The notes beneath the pieces were generated by a model. The model saw nothing but the letters and a program-made list of their open reading frames with translations. It had not been told where the DNA came from and ran no database searches. A program made the translations under genes and the position numbers. This document shows positions 16,100-22,716 of a stretch of 30,219 nucleotides of DNA, piece by piece; within the stretch, counting starts at the first letter, position 1, and each line of letters opens with the position of its first letter. The DNA lies in IMG/VR virus record IMGVR_UViG_3300028384_000931, positions 1 to 30,219 of that record; one strand, written 5' to 3'. This stretch comes from a virus (taxonomy: Duplodnaviria; Caudoviricetes).

Positions 16100-17345
16100 G
16101 GAAAACCGCAACACTGCGAGCCAACTTCAGCGCAGTGCATCGGTTTCACTTGGCGCAGTCCGATAAACGGGACACTGCGAGGCTGACAGTGGCGCAGTCT
16201 ATCGTTTAGAGGCAACAGGCTCGCAGTCTATCGTTTAGCATCCTCCGCTTCGCAGTCCATCGTTTAGGACTTGAACAGGCTCGCAGTGCATCGTTTAGGA
16301 ATCGGCGCAATCCAACAGGCTCGCAGTATCACGGTTTACTTTCTAAACTGTGGCGCAGTGCAACGGTTTGGGCAAATGGAGCAATGACCCCAACGCCGAA
16401 AAACGGTAATCCAAAGGGGTCAAATCCGAAAAACGGAAAGTGTGCGCCGAATTTGCTGAATGGCACACTGCAAGCCACTTTGTCGGGTCGATGTCGAGCC
16501 GATAGGGGTCATCGGTCGAGCAGTGTCCCGAATACGGCGCAGTCCATCGGTTTCGGGTCGGGAGAGCCGACAAGGACGGCGCAGAACAGGCTTTCAGTCC
16601 ACCGTTTAGAGAGGTCGGCGCAAAAGTCAATTTCCGCTTTCCAATTCGACCCTCCGATTTTTTCCGCTTTCGGGGAAAAGGACACTGCGCCCCATTTCAC
16701 CACTACTTAACCTCAAGTTGCGCAATGATGATGATGCAACAAGGCGAGATATGAACACTGCAAGCCTGTTTTTTCGGCGCATTTCATTGACTTTCAGTGA
16801 ACGACGCAAACCCAAACGGGACACTGCGCCCCAGTTGAAAAAAGTGGTTTTGAGGTCAAATCGGCGATTGCTCAAAATCCGAAAAGCGGAAGCAACCTTT
16901 CCGAATATCGGCGCAAAGGTACTGATATTTGAACGGAATCGGTCAAAACGAAGGTTGGGAGGGGCGCAGTCCATCGGTTTCAGTTGGTTTAGGGCAACCG
17001 AAAAGTTGCGCAATCGAAAGCAAAAACGGGACACTGCGAAGCCATACGGGTCGGACATCCTCGCAGTATCACGGTTTTGAGAACGGCGCAAATCGACCAA
17101 CCATAGCAAACACCAGCAAATTTCCGTCGCAAACTGGCTCGACGCACATCGGTTAAGGTGTCCCTAAATTTTGCGCATTTGTTCGATTCAAGGACTGGAT
17201 AGCCTCGCAGTGTGGCGGTTTCACTTTGATTTAGGTAGCCCTAAATTCGATGGATATGCTCAAAATAATAACTTTGCTCACTTTTGTATTATTTTCACTG
17301 GGAAATCGACTCATCGGCGCAGTCGAAACCGTTGCACTGCAAGCC
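16100..17345. repeat. Non-coding region with about 17 copies of (CG)CAGT-N4-CG(G)TTT in both orientations
   Basis: Copies at 16103(-), 16131, 16165(-), 16193, 16222, 16251, 16282, 16322, 16354, 16538, 16595, 16814(-), 16965, 17024(-), 17062, 17206, 17326(-). Confidence 0.85.
16192..16370 (+). repeat. Tandem iteron-like array of six units
   Basis: CGCAGT(CT/CC/GC)ATCGTTTAG x4, then two CGCAGT-N4-CGGTTT. Start spacing 29, 29, 31, 40, 32 bp. AACAGGCT precedes three of the units. Confidence 0.85.
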
Positions 17346-17474
17346 TGTTTGCTGGAAATCGGCGCAGTCCGTTTTGCGCCGTTTTTGCGCCAAAAATGCG
17401 CATTGCCGACGGCGTGGCACACGCCAACCACCGCAAAAAATTACCCGTATTTTTTCCAAATTGGGCTTATAAAC

Positions 17475-18821
17475 CTAAAAAAACGGCACAAACCTCTTAT
17501 TTCTTGAAATTCTTTTAGATTTTTTGGCAGTTGACCACTTTGATGCGTCTAATGCGCCTCCTATGACTGCTAAACCGCCGTTTTGCGCAGTTTTTATTTG
17601 GTCGACGGCGTGCGCAAGAGCCATTACAGTGTCGTTATGCTTGCCTTTGTCGGTTATGTCGCCGTCTTTCCACACATGCGACTCCAATTCATCGAGTAGT
17701 ATGCCCATAACCTGTCTTGTTTTATCACTGCCGTATGGGATAATGATTTTTTCTTGCTCAAACCATACACGAAGGCGGTTAAGTAGCCCTTGCTTAAGGG
17801 TTTTGTTGCTTACCTTGCTCATTTTCATGTTTAGCGTTAAACCTCGTTGATTGATAAGTGATTGATACAAAGACTGGAAGCCTGCGCTTTCAAATGCAAA
17901 GACTGGATGCTTATACGCATTGTCAAAGTCCTCAATCACTGTAATTTGTTTAGCAGGCGGAAAATCATTGCGCCTCCACATATCAACAACATGAATGTTG
18001 CCATCTTTGTCTTGTCGAATCACGATTGCTACTGTGTAGTCTTGTCCTATTCCGTGTGAAGGGTCAAAACCAACAACATAGTCGCCATCATGCAACTTGT
18101 TCTTTTGAAGAATAGAGTCCATGTCAAGGTTTTTCCGAGTAAGACTTTGCGGGAATACGGCACTGTCGTCATCAACTACTTTACACAAATACTCTTGCGC
18201 AAAAGCCAACTCACCAATAGCCTCTCTTTGTTCAAGTAAAAACTCAAGTGGTCGTTCACTTTCCCACAAGCACACAGGAGAGTTGTTGTCGGGGTCTTGT
18301 CGCCATTCATCATAGTTAACAATTGCACCTTTTTGCCATGTTTCCCATGACTTGTTGCCCAACATTTCAGTATGATAAAGGTCATTCATGCTCATTGGCG
18401 TTCCTACGCAAAACAAACTGGTCTTTGGTGATAGCATAGGTGTTAACTTTTTTCTAAACCATTGCTGATAAACTTCATATTTCTTTGACAATTCGGGATG
18501 TCTTTTAAGGTCTTGACGAATTTCTTCTAAACGATTCATTGCAAGGTCTTTATTTGCAGAAAACAACCAAATGGTAAAAGGTTTTCCTCGCCACTTTTCA
18601 AAAAGTAGCATGTGTAATAGTTTTACACGAAGCGTTGTGGACTTTGAATGGTCGCGTGGTGCAATAATACAAACACGGTGAACCTGCTTTCCTTCGTTGT
18701 TTCCATACAAGTCAAGCCATGTTCCAATGTGTTCACCCCATTTGTAGCCGAGCCATTCGTAAAAGTGGCGTATATCGTGTCGACTACGCTCAAGATGAAA
18801 GGTTGTCATCAAACGAACCAT
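17475..18821 (-). CDS. terL: Terminase large subunit (Walker B segment apparently missing)
   Basis: Walker A-like APRDHSKST; motif III VGTP; FAQEYLC; RNase H nuclease residues VVGFDPS...DYT...FES...HNDTVMALA. Confidence 0.9.
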   Translation of the reverse strand: MVRLMTTFHLERSRHDIRHFYEWLGYKWGEHIGTWLDLYGNNEGKQVHRVCIIAPRDHSKSTTLRVKLLHMLLFEKWRGKPFTIWLFSANKDLAMNRLEEIRQDLKRHPELSKKYEVYQQWFRKKLTPMLSPKTSLFCVGTPMSMNDLYHTEMLGNKSWETWQKGAIVNYDEWRQDPDNNSPVCLWESERPLEFLLEQREAIGELAFAQEYLCKVVDDDSAVFPQSLTRKNLDMDSILQKNKLHDGDYVVGFDPSHGIGQDYTVAIVIRQDKDGNIHVVDMWRRNDFPPAKQITVIEDFDNAYKHPVFAFESAGFQSLYQSLINQRGLTLNMKMSKVSNKTLKQGLLNRLRVWFEQEKIIIPYGSDKTRQVMGILLDELESHVWKDGDITDKGKHNDTVMALAHAVDQIKTAQNGGLAVIGGALDASKWSTAKKSKRISRNKRFVPFF

Positions 18822-19029
18822 TTAGACCATCTCCGTTTTTTCCAAAAAGACCAATTCCGCAATACTCACTTAAAGCGTAAAGCAACTTTTCAATTTCGCT
18901 TCTATCAAGCATAACGCCAATAACATACTCATCTGTAAACACATTTACGCCTACAAAGTCCTCTCCCATATCGGAGAAGCGCAACTCTTTATCCTTAGAC
19001 ATCCATAAAGGCATCTGCTTTCCTCCCAT
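18790..19029 (-). CDS. Small hypothetical protein (start uncertain)
   Basis: Bridges the phosphoesterase and terL with overlaps. Confidence 0.6.
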   Translation of the reverse strand: MGGKQMPLWMSKDKELRFSDMGEDFVGVNVFTDEYVIGVMLDRSEIEKLLYALSEYCGIGLFGKNGDGLNGSFDDNLSS

Positions 19030-20221
19030 TGAGAGTATTCAGTAGGCGAAGCCCATGTCGAAGGTCTGTAAACGCTTGAATGTCCCTTGTTTGTGAATCA
19101 AGAATAACAATTGGGGAAGTTGGTCGTTCTCTTGGGAAACCACACATTTCACCAAAACTGTCGATAGTCTTGTAAGCACCGGGTCTTAATGCCCAACGCT
19201 CAACTGCGTGTCGAGTAAATGGAACGACAGAAGGGGTGTGATGATGTCCGATAACACCAATGTCAAAATCACATTCTCCGTCATCCCACATTTTCTTAAT
19301 TACACGGCTTGGGTCAAGGTTTGAATTGCCTCTTCGTTTGTGTCGCACTGAAATGTGATAAGGGACATCGCCATGAATAACTTTGAGGTTCAACTCATAA
19401 GGATGGTAAAGAACACCCCTGTCTTGAGCAAGACGCTTCAAGGGGTCATAATCAGTCATGCCCGCAGTCCAAAGGTCGTGATTGCCCGCAACAATTGCCA
19501 TTAGCGATGTTGGAGTCATGTTAATGTAGTGTTCACATAACTGCCACTGGATAGAAGGCGGAATTGGTGCTTTCATTGCAGGTCGAGGCTTGTCAATAAC
19601 AAAGTTGTCAATGTAGTCGCCTGCGTGGATAACATAACAGTCGGGATGATTTTCAATGGCTTCTGTGTCCTCACGCAACCTTTCGTGGTCGCAGAATGGA
19701 TTTCCGATGTGTTGGTCGCTTTGAAATGAAATACCAATGTAGCGAGAAGGGTTTTGCATGTGAAAAACTGCCCATCGAGCATCTTCATTTGCCGCAATTG
19801 CCTTCTTTGAGCGTTCCTCAATTGCATTCCATAGACTTTCACCATCACCTGCGCTCTTTTTCAAATGCTCAACTATGAAGTGTGGTGTTTCGGTGCGCTT
19901 AACTGCCTCACGCTCATACGCACGCCTTACCCTGTTATCCCAACCATTCTTTGAGATTTCGGGGAATCGCTTTGCCATTATCATAGCAAGTTGATTCATG
20001 TTGCCATCAAACTCTAATGGAATTTCTGCGTTGTAGTCAATGACTTCGATAACGGGAAAAATGTCGGGTTCATGTTGTTTTAGCATACGCAAACGCCAAC
20101 GATGTGCTTCCGACTCTAATTCGGGCATAATAGTGGTCATGTGTCGTGAAAACTTTGCAAGGTTTCCATCATAGTAAGCCATGTTGTCGATTACTTTCTG
20201 CTTGTAGTCATCGTTTTCCAT
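18995..20221 (-). CDS. Calcineurin-like metallophosphoesterase with N-terminal helical repeats
   Basis: SDQHIG, AGDYID, AGNHD, RH, GHHH motifs; GGAGG SD and TTTAAG promoter. Confidence 0.9.
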   Translation of the reverse strand: MENDDYKQKVIDNMAYYDGNLAKFSRHMTTIMPELESEAHRWRLRMLKQHEPDIFPVIEVIDYNAEIPLEFDGNMNQLAMIMAKRFPEISKNGWDNRVRRAYEREAVKRTETPHFIVEHLKKSAGDGESLWNAIEERSKKAIAANEDARWAVFHMQNPSRYIGISFQSDQHIGNPFCDHERLREDTEAIENHPDCYVIHAGDYIDNFVIDKPRPAMKAPIPPSIQWQLCEHYINMTPTSLMAIVAGNHDLWTAGMTDYDPLKRLAQDRGVLYHPYELNLKVIHGDVPYHISVRHKRRGNSNLDPSRVIKKMWDDGECDFDIGVIGHHHTPSVVPFTRHAVERWALRPGAYKTIDSFGEMCGFPRERPTSPIVILDSQTRDIQAFTDLRHGLRLLNTLNGRKADAFMDV

Positions 20222-20254
20222 GTTAAGTCCTCCTTATGTTTACCTCTTAAAGCC

Positions 20255-20485
20255 TTGCTTTAATTTAATTCTTTTTTGCCTGTGAAAGAATACAGAAAGA
20301 ATAAAACGCTACACTGAAAGCCTATTGCGTTTATTCTTTTAATTCTTCTTATATGTTTAGGTAAAGCCCCCTCTAATATAATTCTTATATCTCTTAGAAG
20401 AAATAAAACAAAAACACCAAATCGCTATGCGTCGTCCGATTTATTCTTTCCTAATTTTTTCTTTCGCCATAAAAGAATAAATGAA
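20255..20485. other. AT-rich element with AAAGAATAAA/TTTATTCTTT inverted repeats in the divergent intergenic region
   Basis: AAAGAATAAA at about 20296 and 20472; TTTATTCTTT at about 20329 and 20440; motif copy AAAACGCTACACTG at 20303. Confidence 0.5.
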
Positions 20486-20619
20486 CCGACCCCAATCCAC
20501 CAAATCAATTCAAGTATCAATAGTGAAATTCCACCATATTTCAAGTAGTCCATCGCAGGGTTCATAACTCATCGACTGTATAACGCTAAGTTTGGCTTGA
20601 TTTATAGCACTTGCGAGGG

Positions 20620-20635
20620 CAAACCTTCATAAGCC
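20620..20635 (+). promoter_or_regulatory. TATA-like box (AAACCTTCATAA) for the portal operon
   Basis: About 24 nt upstream of the ATG at 20656, with no SD, suggesting a leaderless transcript. Confidence 0.45.
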
Positions 20636-20655
20636 AAACTGCTTTAACACTGAAC

Positions 20656-22020
20656 ATGGCTCGTATTCCTTTTTTTGGCAAGTCCAAAACGGAAGAACCA
20701 AAAGTCGTCGCCGCTTTTACTGGCGACTTGCGACATGAGGTAGGACACCGTTCTCCATTTACTATGATTGCAGGTTTGAAAGACATTGTTAACGAAACCA
20801 ACGCATTGCGTGATGATAGCAATTTTGATAATGACTTTTACCTTTTTGATGAAATGCTGAAACTTGACCCCGAATTGAACGGCGCAGTGCGTGCAGTGTC
20901 GTTAACCGCAAACAACTACACTATTAACTGGCGTTCTGCAAAAAATGCACGAATTCGTAATGCTTTGCAAGACCTTATCGACCGTATTGATTTTGATGAC
21001 ATTCTTATTAACAGTATGCGCAACTTAATGGTTTACGGCAATGACATCAATAAACTCGTTGGAACGGGTCGACAAGGCATTACTGATGTGCAAAACCTTC
21101 CCGTTGCTCAAATCACTATACTGGACGACAGAAATAGGACTGCTACTGCTGATGACAATGACCCTGTTATTACTGCTGAACGATACTTCTTGCGTGAAGG
21201 TGAAACAACCATGCAAGAGTTTCCCGCAGATGAGATTCTTCATGTGCGCATGGATTACAGAAGCAATTGGTTTACCGACAACGAATCAAGAATCACATAC
21301 GGAATTTGGGGTTCATCTCGTTTTACTGCGCTAAAACAAGCAATTCGTGCAAAATATAACAGTATGAACAACAGAATTGCTCTTGAGGACGCAATGACAA
21401 AGCAATTCATTACAATTAACATGGATGCGGTTAAGCACATTCAAAACCCCGATGAGCAAAGAGAGCGTTTGCTTTTCATTATGAATCAAGTTATTGAAAC
21501 GATGGAGTCGCTTCGTGGCGACCAAGTGCCTATTTTCCCCGACTATGTGCAAATTCAGCATGTCGACCAACGCAGTGCGCTTCCCGACAGTGGTGCATTC
21601 CTTGACAATGTTAACGCAGACATCGCCGCAGTTTTGCAAGTTCCACGAACCGCCGCAGGACAAGAGAAAGGTTCAACCTTTGCGGCATCCTATACTGCAA
21701 ACCTTTGGGCAAGCAATGCTATTCGACGCATACAAAGCATTTTGCGTCAGTCTGTAATGGACTTGTTTTCTGCGCATTTGACCCTGTTAGGAGTTAACCA
21801 TGTAAAGTCCGACTTGCCTAACCTTGTGTTTGAGCCAGTTGACGAAGAAACTCGTCTTGACAAAATGCGCCGAGCCACACTGGGCTATGATGCAGGCGTG
21901 TTAACGCTAAATCAAGCCCTTGATGTAATTTCACTTCCTGCGGAAGATGGTGCAGATACACGAAAGGATGGAGGAACACGAACACCAACTGGCGAATTGC
22001 CAAGAGAAGGTGAAATGTAA
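20656..22020 (+). CDS. Portal protein
   Basis: About 454 aa; first gene of the head operon; DPELNGAV, LMVYGND, FPADEILHVR, IAAVLQVP, GVLTLNQAL patterns. Confidence 0.85.
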   Translation: MARIPFFGKSKTEEPKVVAAFTGDLRHEVGHRSPFTMIAGLKDIVNETNALRDDSNFDNDFYLFDEMLKLDPELNGAVRAVSLTANNYTINWRSAKNARIRNALQDLIDRIDFDDILINSMRNLMVYGNDINKLVGTGRQGITDVQNLPVAQITILDDRNRTATADDNDPVITAERYFLREGETTMQEFPADEILHVRMDYRSNWFTDNESRITYGIWGSSRFTALKQAIRAKYNSMNNRIALEDAMTKQFITINMDAVKHIQNPDEQRERLLFIMNQVIETMESLRGDQVPIFPDYVQIQHVDQRSALPDSGAFLDNVNADIAAVLQVPRTAAGQEKGSTFAASYTANLWASNAIRRIQSILRQSVMDLFSAHLTLLGVNHVKSDLPNLVFEPVDEETRLDKMRRATLGYDAGVLTLNQALDVISLPAEDGADTRKDGGTRTPTGELPREGEM

Positions 22021-22268
22021 TGACTGATGACGCAGTGCAAAATCATCGCCTTGACTCGATAGAACGCAGACTTGACAAGCATGATGAGATGTTGCAAAAG
22101 TTGCTTGAGGCTCAAATCCGAACAGATGAACAATTTACTGCTCTTGCTGAAACACAAAAAGGCACACAAGACATGATTAACGGCATTGGGAAGTCTATTG
22201 TTAAATGGATGATGGGTATAGGTTCAACAATGGTCGCCGCCATAGTCGCAACGATGGGTGTCATGTGA
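22020..22268 (+). CDS. Coiled-coil protein with C-terminal membrane anchor (XhlA-like architecture)
   Basis: HRLDSIERRLDKHD...; hydrophobic C-terminus WMMGIGSTMVAAIVATMGVM. Confidence 0.7.
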   Translation: MTDDAVQNHRLDSIERRLDKHDEMLQKLLEAQIRTDEQFTALAETQKGTQDMINGIGKSIVKWMMGIGSTMVAAIVATMGVM

Positions 22269-22302
22269 AGGTTAAAAAAACATACACATACTGGTTTCAC
22301 AC

Positions 22303-22710
22303 ATGAGTAGCAGTGATGCACGAAAAGATGTGTCTTTTAACGACCGTATGGTTCGACGCACAGTAATTCCTGCTATTTACCTTTGGCTAATTGCTTGCGG
22401 TTCAGTTGTAGGAATGGGTATTTGGAAACCCGAAGTTGTTTTGATGAACCTTGATGGGTTTATCGCACTTATTGCAATTATTGGTGGGACTGCCGCACCT
22501 GCATTACAAACTGTTTTGCGCATGTGGGAAAGTGAGCAAGTGCAAGAAGTTGATAACATTCCTACCGAGTTGCAACATCAGCGTGATATTAACGCTGAAA
22601 AAGAAAAGCATTTGATGGAATTGGAAAAATTGCAACAGGCACATGTTCACAAAATCGAGTCTATTCAACAAGGACACGAACATGCAATGTGTGATGTGAA
22701 AAAGAAGTGA
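22303..22710 (+). CDS. Two-TM membrane protein (holin-like) with His-rich coiled tail
   Basis: Two hydrophobic helices followed by a charged tail. Confidence 0.7.
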   Translation: MSSSDARKDVSFNDRMVRRTVIPAIYLWLIACGSVVGMGIWKPEVVLMNLDGFIALIAIIGGTAAPALQTVLRMWESEQVQEVDNIPTELQHQRDINAEKEKHLMELEKLQQAHVHKIESIQQGHEHAMCDVKKK

Positions 22711-22716
22711 TTTTAT

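Noticed and set aside
178-16186. Long plus-strand ORFs in the left arm (e.g. 6586-7290, 9396-10106, 14822-15496, 15360-16064)
   Set aside because: These are antisense shadows of a gap-free chain of coupled minus-strand genes and contain no recognisable motifs.
16192-16370. CRISPR array
   Set aside because: Repeats are only 15-17 bp and vary internally. Spacers are mostly 12-14 bp and partly repeat each other (AACAGGCT). No cas genes are present, and the same motif is dispersed elsewhere in both orientations.
4139-17345. Calling the motif a canonical archaeal ORB
   Set aside because: It shares only CAGT with ORB-type boxes and lacks the GAAA and G-string, so identity with ORB cannot be supported.
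16070-17518. ORFs of 60-160 aa in the repeat region
   Set aside because: They overlap on both strands, lack SD sites and coupling, and contain recurring peptides (KPMDCA, RDTAP) that are simply translations of the DNA motif.
17475-18821. Intein or intron in terL
   Set aside because: The protein is shorter, not longer, than expected; there are no intein terminal motifs and the frame is uninterrupted.
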